DNA of 27,411 nt from Acetobacterales bacterium (GTDB taxonomy: Bacteria; Pseudomonadota; Alphaproteobacteria; Acetobacterales; Acetobacteraceae): the NCBI GenBank assembly GCA_038231995.1, contig JBBSIT010000001.1, positions 1 through 27,411 of the forward strand. The letters are read 5' to 3'. Position 1 is the stretch's first letter. The number at the start of each line of letters is the position of its first letter. Below are positions 7,383-17,424 of this stretch, one piece after another. Under the pieces are notes generated by a model, which did not search any database, was not told the DNA's origin, and saw nothing but the letters and a program-made list of their open reading frames with translations. A program made the translations under genes and the position numbers.

Positions 7383-8393
7383 TTACCGCGATGCCGCCGC
7401 GCTCTGCCGGGCCATCTCCAGGACCAGCCGGCGTATCAGCAACGCGTCCTGCGCGCCGGTTTGCTTGCACGCGAGTTCCGTCCGGCGGACCGCCTGCATT
7501 GCGGCGGCGAGCCGAGCCAAAGTCCAAGTCTCGAGCGCTCGCTGGAACCCATTGACCCGGCGGAAGAACACCGGGGGCCGCATCGCCTTCACGGCGTCCG
7601 CGGCCGACAGCCCCGATTGCATGGACAGCCGCGCCGCCTGCAGGCGCCCGAGATGGGCCAGCAGCCCGCGGGCCGCAGCGACCGGAGCCAACCCTTCGGC
7701 CAAGGCGAGTTCGATGGAGATGTCCGCCGTCCGCACATCGCCCGACGTTGCCGCGAACATGGCGTCGTCGAAGGACGTGCCGGCCTGGTCGCCAACACAC
7801 ACCCGCGCCGCATCGAGGTCGAGGCTTCCATTCGGACCGGCATACAGGACCAGCTTATTCAGCTCGTTGCGCGTCGAGGCGCGGTCCGTCCCAAGGTGCT
7901 CCAGCAGCCATTGCAGCGCATCCGGCGTGATGCGGACCGAGGCCGCGGCGAGCGTGCCCTCGATCGTCTCGCGCAGCGCCCGGCCCTCCTCGGGGTAGCA
8001 GGCCAACGCCGCACCCGTCGGCATCCCCTCGACCAGGGCGCGCAGCTTGGAACGGCCCGGCAGGGCGCCAGCCTCCAGCACCACGAGCGAGTCGCCCCGG
8101 CCCTCCCCGATCTGGCGCACCGCGCCCGCCAGGCCGTCCGACGCATCGCGCACCCTGACGACCCTGCGGCCGCCCGTCATCGAGATCGCCTGCGCCTCCT
8201 CAGCCAGGCGGTCATGGTCCTCGCGCACGAGCCATGCCAGCCGGAACGGGTCGTCCCCCGGCCCGAGAACGGCCCGCGTGAGCTGATCGGCCCGGTGGCG
8301 GACCATCCCCTCGTCCTCGCCATGGAGCAGCACGATCCGGATTGCGCCGGGATCGGTCAGGAACGCCGCGACCCGGCGCGCCTCGACCTTCAC
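7383..8393 (-). CDS. holA: DNA polymerase III delta subunit (336 aa)
   Basis: GTG 8393 gives MKVEARRVAAFL; LLHGEDEG, RRVVRVR, SKLRALVE, ELNKLVLY, RPPVFF; canonical leuS-lptE-holA order. Confidence 0.88.
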   Translation of the reverse strand: MKVEARRVAAFLTDPGAIRIVLLHGEDEGMVRHRADQLTRAVLGPGDDPFRLAWLVREDHDRLAEEAQAISMTGGRRVVRVRDASDGLAGAVRQIGEGRGDSLVVLEAGALPGRSKLRALVEGMPTGAALACYPEEGRALRETIEGTLAAASVRITPDALQWLLEHLGTDRASTRNELNKLVLYAGPNGSLDLDAARVCVGDQAGTSFDDAMFAATSGDVRTADISIELALAEGLAPVAAARGLLAHLGRLQAARLSMQSGLSAADAVKAMRPPVFFRRVNGFQRALETWTLARLAAAMQAVRRTELACKQTGAQDALLIRRLVLEMARQSAAASR

Positions 8394-8415
8394 GCGCCAG
8401 CGATCCCGGCCGAAC

Positions 8416-8943
8416 TCAGGATACCGCCGCCCGGTTCGCGAAGAACGACGACAACTGCAGCGTGATCTGATCCGCCAGCGCCGACGTGATGCGCCGCGTT
8501 GCCGCGTCGTTCTCGAGCTCGAGCGCAAAGAATTGTTGGTTCAGCACGTTGTAGCCGTCCACGCTGCGCGCCGTCCCGTTCGCCACGACCGCACGCTCGA
8601 TCGATAGCTCCCGCAGCGTCCAGCTCGCCGTGCCGATCAGGCGGACGCGGGTGGTCGAGTTGTCGCGCTGGATGCCGGTCGCCTCGGGCAGCAGCACGAG
8701 AAGCACGCCGAGCTCGTAGCGTTTCGCAATCCCGGTCCCCGCACCCTCGAACCGCTGCCGCAGGGCCTGGCGCATCGATTGGCCCGAACGGTCCGGCAGA
8801 CGGGCGACGTAGATCGCGGCGAGCTCCGCTTGCGCGACGCTCAGGGCGCCGCCCGCACGGGGCGCATAGAGCGGGTGGAAGCCGCAGCCGGACAGCAGCG
8901 CGGCTGCCCCAGTCACCGCCCAGCGGCGTGGGACCGGAGCCAT
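8416..8943 (-). CDS. lptE: LPS assembly lipoprotein (175 aa)
   Basis: Lipobox LSG-C followed by GFHPLY; lies between leuS and holA. Confidence 0.85.
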   Translation of the reverse strand: MAPVPRRWAVTGAAALLSGCGFHPLYAPRAGGALSVAQAELAAIYVARLPDRSGQSMRQALRQRFEGAGTGIAKRYELGVLLVLLPEATGIQRDNSTTRVRLIGTASWTLRELSIERAVVANGTARSVDGYNVLNQQFFALELENDAATRRITSALADQITLQLSSFFANRAAVS

Positions 8944-8944
8944 C

Positions 8945-11557
8945 CTAGCTTGCCACCACGAAGTTCACGATACGGTTCGGCACATGGATCCGCTTGACCA
9001 CGCGCTTGCCCGCCAGCAGCCGCATGATGCCCGGCTCCGCCTCCGCTTCCGCTATCACCGCGTCCGCGGACGAGTCGGGCGGCATAGCCAGGGTCGCGCG
9101 GAGCTTGCCCATGACCTGGACCGCGATCGTCACCGTATCGGCCGCGACCAACGCCGGGTCGGCCTCCGGCCAGGCGAGCTCGGCGACGAGCGCCGCGTCG
9201 CCGGGCAGCAGCATGGCGTGCAGCTCCTCAGCCAGATGCGGCATGAACGGGCCGAGCAGACGGGCCATCGTCAGCACGGCCTCCCGCCGCGCCCAGCCCA
9301 GGCCCGAGTCGTCGCCCGCAGTGCGCTCAGCCTCGCCCAGGGCCGACGTAAGCTCATAGAGCCGGGCCACGGCCACGTTGAACGCGAACCCTTCCAGCGC
9401 ATCTGTGACGGCGGCGATGCAGCGATGCGTCGCACGGCGGAGCGCCATCGCGGGCGGCCCGAAGCTCTCCGGCTGCGGCGTCTCGGGGCAGGCGGCCGCG
9501 ACGGCATGGGCGGTGCGATACACCCGCTGCGTGAACCGGAACGCGCCGGACACCCCGGCCTCGGTCCACTCGATATCGCGCTCCGGCGGATTGTCGGACA
9601 GCACGTACCAGCGCGCCGTGTCGGCGCCGAACCGCGTCAGGATCGCGTCGGGCTCGACCGTGTTGTGACGGCTCTTGGACATCTTCTCGACGCGGCCGAC
9701 CGTGACCGCCTCGCCGGTGCCGCGGTGCACGACGCTGCCATCCGGCCGGCGCTCGACGTCCTCCGGATACAGCCAGCTCCCGTCCGCGCCGCGGTAGCTC
9801 TCGTGCGTCACCATGCCCTGGGTGAACAGCGCCGCGAACGGCTCGTCCATGTCGAGGTAGCCCTCCGCCCGCATCGCGCGGGTGAAGAAGCGGGAGTAGA
9901 GCAGGTGCAGGATCGCGTGCTCGATGCCGCCGATATACTGGTCCACCGGCATCCAGTGGTCCACAGCAGGACGCAGCACTGGGACCTCGGCGTGGGGGCT
10001 GCAGAACCGGGCGAAGTACCAGGAGCTGTCCACGAAGGTGTCGAAGGTGTCGGTCTCACGCTGGGCCGGGCCGGCGCAGCGCGGGCAGGCCACGTATTTC
10101 CAGGTCGGGTGGTGATCGAGCGGGTTGCCCGGCCGGTCGAAGCTCACGTCCTCCGGCAGGCGGACCGGCAAGTCGGCCGCCGGCACGGGCACGACGCCGC
10201 AGGCCGCGCAGTGGATGATCGGGATCGGGCAGCCCCAGTAGCGCTGCCGGCTCACGCCCCAGTCGCGCAACCGCCAGTTCACGACGCCGCGCCCCGCATG
10301 CGCCTGCTCTAGCGCCTCGATGGCCGCCCGCTTGGCGGCTGCCGTGTCCATGCCGTTGAGGAACCCCGAGTTCATCACGGTGCCGGGGCCGACATACGCC
10401 GTGTCGGTGATGGCATGGGCTGCCTGGTCCTGACCCGGCGGCAGCACGACGGGCACGACCGGCAGGCCGTGTTTACGAGCGAAGTCGAGGTCGCGCTGGT
10501 CCTCGGACGGGCAGCCGAAGATCGCGCCGGCGCCGTATTCCATCAGCACGAAGTTCGCGATCCACACGGGGAAGGTCGCGTCGGGCAGGAAAGGGTGTGC
10601 GACGCGCAGCCCGGTGTCGTAGCCGCGCTTCTCCGCCGTCTCGATCGCGGCCTCGCTGGTGCCGAGCTGGCGGCACTCGGCGACGAACGCCGCGGCCGCC
10701 GGATCGCGCGCGGCGACTGCGGCGCTCACGGGGTGCTCGGGCGCCAAGGCGAGGAACGACATGCCGAACAGCGTGTCGGGCCGGGTCGTGAAGACCTCGA
10801 TCTCGCTCGCTGCTTCGAGGGGCGTCGCGAGCGGGAAGCGCACGCGCGCGCCCTCGCTGCGGCCGATCCATTTGGCCTGCATGGTGCGCACGCGCTCGGG
10901 CCAGCGGTCCAGCCCGTCCAGCGCCGCCAGCAGCTCGGGCGCGTACTGGGTGATGCGCAGGAACCACTGGGCGAGCAGCCGCTTCTCGACCGGGGCGCCG
11001 GAGCGCCAGCCGCGGCCGTCGATCACCTGCTCGTTGGCGAGCACGGTGCCGTCCACCGGGTCCCAGTTGACCCAGCTCTCCTTGCGCTCCACCAGGCCAC
11101 CGGCGAGCATGTCCAGGAACAGCCGCTGCTGCTGGCCGTAATACTCCGGGTCGCACGTCGCGAACTCGCGCGACCAGTCGAGCGACAGGCCCAGCCGCTG
11201 CAGCTCTGAGCGCATCGCATCGATGTTGGCCCGGGTCCATTCCGCAGGATGCACGCCTCGGTCCCGCGCCGCGTTCTCCGCCGGCAGGCCGAAGGCGTCC
11301 CAGCCCATGGGATGCAGGACGTCGAAACCTCGCGCCCGCTTGTAGCGGGCCACCACGTCGCCGAGCGCGTAGTTGCGCACGTGCCCCATGTGGATCTTGC
11401 CGCTGGGATACGGGAACATCTCCAGCACGTAGTATTTGGGCTTGTCGTCCCGCGGCACGTCCTCGGTGCGGAAGCAGTCGCGCTCGCGCCAGGCGCGCTG
11501 CCAACGGGGCTCGGCGGCGCGGAAGTCATAGACGGCGGGGTCGGGGCGGTCGTTCAT
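8945..11557 (-). CDS. leuS: Leucine--tRNA ligase (870 aa)
   Basis: [14 protein letters not shown] (HIGH), [21 protein letters not shown] editing domain, [33 protein letters not shown]. Confidence 0.98.
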   Translation of the reverse strand: MNDRPDPAVYDFRAAEPRWQRAWRERDCFRTEDVPRDDKPKYYVLEMFPYPSGKIHMGHVRNYALGDVVARYKRARGFDVLHPMGWDAFGLPAENAARDRGVHPAEWTRANIDAMRSELQRLGLSLDWSREFATCDPEYYGQQQRLFLDMLAGGLVERKESWVNWDPVDGTVLANEQVIDGRGWRSGAPVEKRLLAQWFLRITQYAPELLAALDGLDRWPERVRTMQAKWIGRSEGARVRFPLATPLEAASEIEVFTTRPDTLFGMSFLALAPEHPVSAAVAARDPAAAAFVAECRQLGTSEAAIETAEKRGYDTGLRVAHPFLPDATFPVWIANFVLMEYGAGAIFGCPSEDQRDLDFARKHGLPVVPVVLPPGQDQAAHAITDTAYVGPGTVMNSGFLNGMDTAAAKRAAIEALEQAHAGRGVVNWRLRDWGVSRQRYWGCPIPIIHCAACGVVPVPAADLPVRLPEDVSFDRPGNPLDHHPTWKYVACPRCAGPAQRETDTFDTFVDSSWYFARFCSPHAEVPVLRPAVDHWMPVDQYIGGIEHAILHLLYSRFFTRAMRAEGYLDMDEPFAALFTQGMVTHESYRGADGSWLYPEDVERRPDGSVVHRGTGEAVTVGRVEKMSKSRHNTVEPDAILTRFGADTARWYVLSDNPPERDIEWTEAGVSGAFRFTQRVYRTAHAVAAACPETPQPESFGPPAMALRRATHRCIAAVTDALEGFAFNVAVARLYELTSALGEAERTAGDDSGLGWARREAVLTMARLLGPFMPHLAEELHAMLLPGDAALVAELAWPEADPALVAADTVTIAVQVMGKLRATLAMPPDSSADAVIAEAEAEPGIMRLLAGKRVVKRIHVPNRIVNFVVAS

Positions 11558-11643
11558 CGGCGCGAGGTCATCCTGGGGGGTGCCCCTGTATCCCCGAGAA
11601 CGGCGCGCCCAGCAACCCGGCCGCGCTCAGCTTCGGGGCGCGG

Positions 11644-12177
11644 TCAGCTCCGGGCGACTTGCGACCTCAGCTCCCGCGCGCGGGCCAGAACCTTGTTCTC
11701 GATCTCGCCCGTCGTGGTCGGGCTGACCGGGGCATCCACCCACTGCCCGCCCTGCAGGACCTGACGGAAGATGGAGATGCGCACGCCGTCGGCCCGCAAC
11801 TGCCGGCCCAGGATGTAGCCGGTCGCCTTGAAGCGCTCGCCGGTGCTGGTCGGCGGCTGATACCAGTCGGTGATGATGACGCCGCCGAACGGGTCGGCAG
11901 AGGCCAGCGGCATGAACGCCAGCGTGTCCAGCGCCGCGCGCCACAGATAGGCGTTCACGCCCAATGCCGCGCCTTCCTCGGCCCGGCCAGCGTTCGCGCC
12001 CTTGCCGATGCCGAGCACCAGGCCCTGATCGCCGAACAGCCGGCCCTGCTCGCCGCCCTTGGTGCGGTAGTCCTGATATTCGTCCTCGGCCACGCCCTGG
12101 ACGCTGGAACGGCTGCAGCCAGCGAGCGCCAGCGCAACGGCAAGGGCGGCTAAGGGGAGGAGCGTACGTGGGACCAT
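11644..12177 (-). CDS. DUF3576-family outer-membrane lipoprotein (177 aa)
   Basis: ATG 12177, hydrophobic signal with lipobox LAG-C, core GVNAYLWRAALDTLAFMPLASADPFGGVIITDWY; upstream of leuS. Confidence 0.82.
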   Translation of the reverse strand: MVPRTLLPLAALAVALALAGCSRSSVQGVAEDEYQDYRTKGGEQGRLFGDQGLVLGIGKGANAGRAEEGAALGVNAYLWRAALDTLAFMPLASADPFGGVIITDWYQPPTSTGERFKATGYILGRQLRADGVRISIFRQVLQGGQWVDAPVSPTTTGEIENKVLARARELRSQVARS

Positions 12178-12263
12178 GGGGCGCCTATGCAGAGAAGGCC
12201 CGCAGGAAGCGGGACGCCGCTGTCTAGCCTGCCCGGCGCCCATCGCCAAGTCCGGCCTCCACG

Positions 12264-12299
12264 TACGAAGAAGGGGTGGTGGTTGCCCACCGCCCCTCC
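12264..12299 (-). terminator. Probable intrinsic terminator of the porin gene
   Basis: Minus strand GGAGGGGCGGTGG-GCAA-CCACCACCCCTTC-TTCG: 13-bp stem with one mismatch and a GNRA loop, short pyrimidine tail, about 25 nt after the porin stop. Confidence 0.65.
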
Positions 12300-12323
12300 G
12301 GGTCGTCAAGCCGTAGCGTCAGC

Positions 12324-13772
12324 TTACCACTGGAAGCTGATGCCGGTGCCGATGACCTGGCCGATGACCTTGTTGTGGGTCTGCGTGCCGCCCGTGGCGA
12401 TGTTCGTAGCCGTCACGCCCTGGCCCGTCAGGAAGTCGAAGCCGTTCTGCTTGCGCTGATCCCAGAGATACGACGCGAAGACGGACACGCCCGGCGCCAG
12501 CGAGTAGGTAGCACCAGCCGCGATGCCCTGCTCGCGACGCTGACGGCCCAGGATGCCGTTCAGGTTGTCGCCCGCCGACTTGTAGTCGAGGTAATGGGCG
12601 CCGACGATCACCGGTCCGACCGTGTAGGACACGCCGACCAGCCAGGCCTCGCCGCTCGGCGCGCCTCGTGCGGGCAGGGCGAACGACCCGTTGAACCGGC
12701 CATACTGATACTTACCGCCGAAGCTCAGGCCGCCATAGGTGACAGCCGCGCCGAAGTCGCCGACCGAAAGGCCCTCGTAGTTGAGACGGTTGTTCGCATT
12801 GAAGGCAGGCACGAACGGGTTGCCGCTGTTGTCCTTGACGGACGCCGAGCCGATGTAGCCGCCTGTCGCGGCCACGCCGAAGCCGGCGAAGGTGCCGCGG
12901 TAGCGCAGCAAGGCGTCGACGAGGTTGCGGCGGCGCTGGCTCTCGGCGTTGGACGGCGAGGAGGAGAGGCGGTCGCAGCCCGGGCCGGCGCCGTTGCCGG
13001 CGTTCGCACCGGCCGCCCCGGTGAAGGCGCCGGCGGCGTTCACGAAGTTGGTGCCCTGGTTGCTGGCGCCGCCGCAATGGCTGGCCAGGCTGCCGTTGCC
13101 GGTGTTCGGCTCGTAGGCCACGCCGAAGTCGAACCCGAACAACTGCGGCGACAGATAGACGGCCTTCGAGGTCGTGTACAGGTTGCCGGTGTCGGCGAAT
13201 GGCCAGGTGAGGGTCGCCCCGCTCGTCAGGAAGCCGGGCATGTCGCCGTTCCAGCCGCCGTCGTTGAAGTTCTCGAAATTGCCCGTCATGTAGAGGCTGC
13301 TCGGGCCGTCGATCATGCCGAAGCGGACCGTGCCGAGCTGCGGCGTGCCGAGGTAGCCCCAGGCGCGGCGGAAATACAGGCTGTTGCGCGCACGGTCCTG
13401 CTGCGAGATGGAGCCGAAGAGGCCGCCGCCGGCGCCGGAGGTGTTGTCCTGCCGGATTTCCAGGGCCGCGCCGTAGCGCAGGCCGTTCGCCGCCACGCCG
13501 TCGAAGCCCGGATACAGGCGGGAGTAGGTGCCGAACGTGTAGTTCGTTAGCTTGTTGGTGCCGTTCTGCGGCGTCAGGCCGTTCGCGCTGCCGGCCAGGT
13601 TGTTTTCCAGGTCGCGGTCATTGACGATCGCGGCGTAGAACCGGACGCGGCCGTTCAAGCGGACGGTGATCGTGCCTGGCGCAGGCGTCGCCGGCGCCTG
13701 GGCGTCGGCAATCGTTGCCGCTCCCATCGACGCACCCAGTGCGGCCACAGTGGCCAGCAGGAGCTTACGCAT
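12324..13772 (-). CDS. Outer-membrane porin, Gram-negative porin type (482 aa)
   Basis: Strong RBS GAGGAGG before ATG 13772; signal peptide MRKLLLATVAALGASMGAATIADA; ITVRLNGRV, GLRYGAALEIR, Gly/Asn/aromatic-rich strands; terminal aromatic GISFQW. Confidence 0.88.
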   Translation of the reverse strand: MRKLLLATVAALGASMGAATIADAQAPATPAPGTITVRLNGRVRFYAAIVNDRDLENNLAGSANGLTPQNGTNKLTNYTFGTYSRLYPGFDGVAANGLRYGAALEIRQDNTSGAGGGLFGSISQQDRARNSLYFRRAWGYLGTPQLGTVRFGMIDGPSSLYMTGNFENFNDGGWNGDMPGFLTSGATLTWPFADTGNLYTTSKAVYLSPQLFGFDFGVAYEPNTGNGSLASHCGGASNQGTNFVNAAGAFTGAAGANAGNGAGPGCDRLSSSPSNAESQRRRNLVDALLRYRGTFAGFGVAATGGYIGSASVKDNSGNPFVPAFNANNRLNYEGLSVGDFGAAVTYGGLSFGGKYQYGRFNGSFALPARGAPSGEAWLVGVSYTVGPVIVGAHYLDYKSAGDNLNGILGRQRREQGIAAGATYSLAPGVSVFASYLWDQRKQNGFDFLTGQGVTATNIATGGTQTHNKVIGQVIGTGISFQW

Positions 13773-14042
13773 AGATTCCTCCTCAAAACGCCGATTGCCC
13801 GGCGGACATTCAGGCCCCGCCCCGTTCCCACCAGACACACGCGTCGCCGCGGCACATCCTGAACGGGCGGGGGCAGCCAGACCTGAGAGAGTATTGCCTC
13901 GCCCCCCGCGTTCCCGCAATCGACTCACAAGCGTCCCCATGGCAATCGCGAAACACTGTGGCGCCACGGCCACATGCCCCCTGCGCAAACCTGCCGTGGC
14001 AGGGCTTGACCAGAGGCCTGCCGGGGAACGAGCCTGCCCGCC

Positions 14043-14732
14043 ATGCAGCCGCTCCCAGCCTTCACCGACATCGCCGGCGCCCTCGGCGCCGTCCGGGACC
14101 GCATCGCCGCGGCCGCTTTGCGGGCAGGCCGGCTGCCCTCGGACGTGACGCTCGTCGCCGTCTCCAAGACGCATCCGGCAGCCCTGGTCGCGGCTGCCCT
14201 GGCCGCCGGGCAGACGATTTTCGGCGAGAACCGCGTGCAGGAGGCCGTCGCCAAGTTCCCCGCTCTGCGCGAGTCGCATCCCGCGCTGCACCTGCACCTG
14301 ATCGGCCCGTTGCAGACCAACAAGGCGCGGGAAGCCGTGCGCCTCGCCGACACGATCGAGACGCTCGACCGCCCCCGTCTCGCCGACGCGCTGCTCGACG
14401 CCATCGGCCGCGAGGGCCGCACGCCCCGGCTGCTCGTCCAGGTCAATGTCGGCGACGAGCCGCAGAAGGCCGGCATCCCCCGCGCGGACGCCGACGCCTT
14501 CATCGAGGACTGCCGCGCCCGGTTCGGACCGGCGCTGCGCGGCCTGATGTGCATCCCGCCCGCCGAGGGCGACCCGGCGCCACACTTCGCGTGGCTCGCC
14601 GCCTGCGCCGCGCATCACGGGCTGGCCCAGCTCAGCATGGGCATGTCCGGCGACTTCGAGACGGCCGTCGCGCACGGCGCCACCCATGTGCGGGTCGGCA
14701 GCGCGATCTTCGGCACGCGCCCGGCGCCCTGA
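14043..14732 (+). CDS. yggS: Pyridoxal phosphate homeostasis protein (229 aa)
   Basis: LVAVSKT (PLP lysine), FGENRVQE, HLIGPLQTNK, GLMCIPP, LSMGMSGDF, GATHVRVGSAIFG. Confidence 0.95.
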   Translation: MQPLPAFTDIAGALGAVRDRIAAAALRAGRLPSDVTLVAVSKTHPAALVAAALAAGQTIFGENRVQEAVAKFPALRESHPALHLHLIGPLQTNKAREAVRLADTIETLDRPRLADALLDAIGREGRTPRLLVQVNVGDEPQKAGIPRADADAFIEDCRARFGPALRGLMCIPPAEGDPAPHFAWLAACAAHHGLAQLSMGMSGDFETAVAHGATHVRVGSAIFGTRPAP

Positions 14733-14996
14733 TCCGGCGTTACGCCTCGTGCCGGCCGGCATAGGAGCGGCTCAGGCCGTCGAGGACGAGATGCGGCGGG
14801 GCGCCATCCGCCATGGGCGGCCCTGTGGAACCCGGCCGCTGCTTGCGCATTGCAACCCGACGGGCCTATGCCTCGCGCTCCGCACGGCGCGGTGCGGGCA
14901 GCGACCTGGACACCCCTTCGCGCAGGACGAACCTCCGATGGCCTGCCTCCCCTGCCACCCCAAGCTGGCCGCTCGCTGGTCGATGGCCGCGGGCCG

Positions 14997-16895
14997 ATGA
15001 GCGGCGCCATAGCGCAGGCAGCCCCGGCGCACCCGGCGCCGCCGTTGCGCGCCAGCCTGCTCCTGGCCGTGCTGGGCGTGGTGTACGGCGACATCGGGAC
15101 CAGTCCGCTCTATGCGCTGAAGGCGAGCCTGCTGCACGTGACGCAGGGCGGCGTGCACGAGGCCGAGGTGCTCGGCGTCCTGTCGCTGATGTTCTGGTCG
15201 CTGATCCTGGTGGTCACGGTCAAGTACGTGCTGCTGATCCTGCGGGCGGACAACAATGGCGAGGGCGGCATCCTAGCGCTGATGGCGCTGGCCCAGCGCA
15301 ACGTCAAGAGTCTCCGGTTCCGGACCACCCTGGGGCTCGTGGGCATCGCCGGGGCCTGCCTGTTCTTCGGGGACGGCGCGATCACGCCGGCCATCTCGGT
15401 GCTTTCGGCGGTTGAGGGCCTGCAGGTCGTCTATCCCAACCTGGAGCATTTCGTGCTGCCGATCTCGGTGCTGGTCATCGCGGGCCTGTTCGCGGTCCAA
15501 GCCTACGGCACGGCCAGCATCGGCCGCGTGTTCGGCCCGGTCATGCTCCTGTGGTTCCTGGCGCTGGGCTTGCTCGGCGTGTTCGAGATCGCCCGGTATC
15601 CCGCCGTGCTGGCCGCGCTATCGCCGCTGCATGCCGCGAGCTTCTGCATGAGGCATGGCTGGCTCGCCTTCGTGACCCTCGGCTCGGTGGTGCTCACCGT
15701 CACGGGAGCGGAGGCGCTCTATGCCGACATGGGGCATTTCGGGGCGCGCCCGATCCGGCTGGCGTGGCTGTTCTTCGTGCTGCCCAGCCTCGCGCTGAAC
15801 TACCTCGGACAGGGCGCGCTCGTCCTCAACGACCCGGCGACGCTCGGCAGCCCCTTCTTCCTGCTGTGTCCCGAGCCGTTGCGCCTGGCCCTGGTGGTGC
15901 TGGCCACGTTCGCGACGGTGATCGCGAGCCAGGCCATGATCTCCGGCGCGTACTCCGTCGCGCGCCAGTGCATGCAGATGGCGTTCCTGCCGCGCATGAC
16001 GGTGCGGCATACGAGCCAGACGGAGGAAGGGCAGATCTACCTGCCCCAGGTCAACGCGTGCCTGCTGGTCGCCGTCCTCGTCCTGGTGCTCTCCTTCCGC
16101 ACCAGCGAAGGGCTGGCGTCGGCCTACGGCATCGCCGTCACCGGCACCTTCCTGTGCACCAGCGTGCTGGCGGTCGTGGTGTTCCGGAGGCAGTTCGGGT
16201 GGTCGCGCCTGCTGGCGGGCGCCGTCTTCGGGACGTTCTTCATCATCGACGGGCTGTTCTTCGCCGCCAATGCGCTGAAGATTCCCGATGGCGGCTGGGT
16301 GCCGCTGCTGCTCGGCATCGCGCTGATGGCCATGATGACGTCCTGGCATCGCGGCCGCGACCTGCTGCTGGCCCGCTGGAGGCAGGACAGCCTTCCGCTC
16401 GCGCCCTTCCTCGCCCGGCTCCCGCAGTCCCGCACCGTCCGCGTGCCTGGCCAGGCGGTCTTCCTGACCGGCAACCCCGACTACGTGCCCGCGGCCCTGC
16501 TGCACAACCTCAAGCACAACAAGGTGCTGCACGAGCGGGTGCTGTTCGTGACCGTGGAGAACCTGGACGTGCCCGAGGCCGGGCCGGACAGCCGGGCCGA
16601 GGTCACTGAGCTTGCACCCGGCGTGCACCGGGTGATCCTGCGCTACGGCTTCATGGAGAGCCCGAACATCCCCAAGGCGCTCGAAGGGCTACGCGGGAGC
16701 GGCGTGCATTACGAGCCGATGCAGGCCAGCTTCTTCCTGAGCCGCGAGGTCCTGGTCAGCGCGATGGTGCCCAAGCTGCCGATGTGGCGGCTCTATCTGT
16801 TCCTGTTCATGGCCCGCAACGCCGTGCCCGCGACCGAATTCTTCCGCATCCCCAGCGACCGCGTGGTGGAGCTTGGGGTGCGCGTGGCGCTCTGA
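14997..16895 (+). CDS. kup: KUP/HAK potassium transporter (632 aa)
   Basis: [13 protein letters not shown] signature, [59 protein letters not shown]. Start taken at ATG 14997. Confidence 0.96.
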   Translation: MSGAIAQAAPAHPAPPLRASLLLAVLGVVYGDIGTSPLYALKASLLHVTQGGVHEAEVLGVLSLMFWSLILVVTVKYVLLILRADNNGEGGILALMALAQRNVKSLRFRTTLGLVGIAGACLFFGDGAITPAISVLSAVEGLQVVYPNLEHFVLPISVLVIAGLFAVQAYGTASIGRVFGPVMLLWFLALGLLGVFEIARYPAVLAALSPLHAASFCMRHGWLAFVTLGSVVLTVTGAEALYADMGHFGARPIRLAWLFFVLPSLALNYLGQGALVLNDPATLGSPFFLLCPEPLRLALVVLATFATVIASQAMISGAYSVARQCMQMAFLPRMTVRHTSQTEEGQIYLPQVNACLLVAVLVLVLSFRTSEGLASAYGIAVTGTFLCTSVLAVVVFRRQFGWSRLLAGAVFGTFFIIDGLFFAANALKIPDGGWVPLLLGIALMAMMTSWHRGRDLLLARWRQDSLPLAPFLARLPQSRTVRVPGQAVFLTGNPDYVPAALLHNLKHNKVLHERVLFVTVENLDVPEAGPDSRAEVTELAPGVHRVILRYGFMESPNIPKALEGLRGSGVHYEPMQASFFLSREVLVSAMVPKLPMWRLYLFLFMARNAVPATEFFRIPSDRVVELGVRVAL

Positions 16896-16997
16896 TCGGA
16901 GGCCGCCGGGTCAGCGCGGGCAAACTCCGGGGCGCCTGGCGGCGTTTGAGTGCGGCGGCGTGGTTTCATGCGCCCGACTTCGACCAAGGCAGGGGGC

Positions 16998-17348
16998 ATG
17001 ACGAAGTTGACGATGGTGCTGGCGCAGGGGCCCAATCTGCCCGAGGGCGACTTGCAGGACCGGCTGACCGTCCACCTCTGCTTGACGTCGCAGGGCCAGA
17101 TCGACCTGCACTCCTACGAGACCGGACCGGCGCCTTGGCTTGCCATCCGCGAGCGGCCCGGCCACGAGCCGCGCCGCTCGGAGGTGATCCGGCTGGACGA
17201 GGGCTGGGCGCTGCAGAGCCTGCGCGGAGACGATGACCCGCTGTGGACGTTCGAGGGCCACGTGTTCCGCCCTGGCGAGCTGGTCCGCCTGGGCCGGCCG
17301 GATGGGAGGGAGTTTCTGTTCCGCATCGTCGCAGTCGATCCGGACTGA
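16998..17348 (+). CDS. Conserved hypothetical protein (116 aa)
   Basis: Purine-rich RBS AGGGGG before ATG 16998, GC3-biased codons. The pattern LA.GP..PEG ... GQID ... GW ... DDDP ... HVFRPGELV ... DG ... FRI resembles an uncharacterised alphaproteobacterial family (recall only). Confidence 0.7.
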   Translation: MTKLTMVLAQGPNLPEGDLQDRLTVHLCLTSQGQIDLHSYETGPAPWLAIRERPGHEPRRSEVIRLDEGWALQSLRGDDDPLWTFEGHVFRPGELVRLGRPDGREFLFRIVAVDPD

Positions 17349-17355
17349 ATGCGTC

Positions 17356-17419
17356 AAAGCGGTTTCACCCTGACTGGACGTGCTCTTGCGTTCAGTCAGG
17401 GTGAGTAGCCGCGTGAAAC
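17356..17419 (+). repeat. Structured ~64-bp palindromic repeat, copy 2 (between convergent stops)
   Basis: AAAGCGGTTTCACCCTGACTGGACGTGCTCTTGCGTTCAGTCAGGGTGAGTAGCCGCGTGAAAC. Perfect 12-bp stem TCACCCTGACTG/CAGTCAGGGTGA; same ends as copy 1. Confidence 0.85.
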
Positions 17420-17424
17420 GAAGG

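Noticed and set aside
13869-13910. GGGGC...CTGAGA resembling a TPP riboswitch
   Set aside because: The downstream ACCC, ACCTGA and GCGNAGGGA elements are absent and flanking genes are not thiamine-related.
14006-14043. TTGACC upstream of yggS suggesting a leaderless transcript
   Set aside because: No credible -10 element at the expected spacing; cannot be supported from sequence alone.
12324-14762. 812-aa ORF suggesting a much longer porin fusion
   Set aside because: The upstream part is the antisense of yggS plus intergenic DNA; a strong RBS and signal peptide place the start at 13772.
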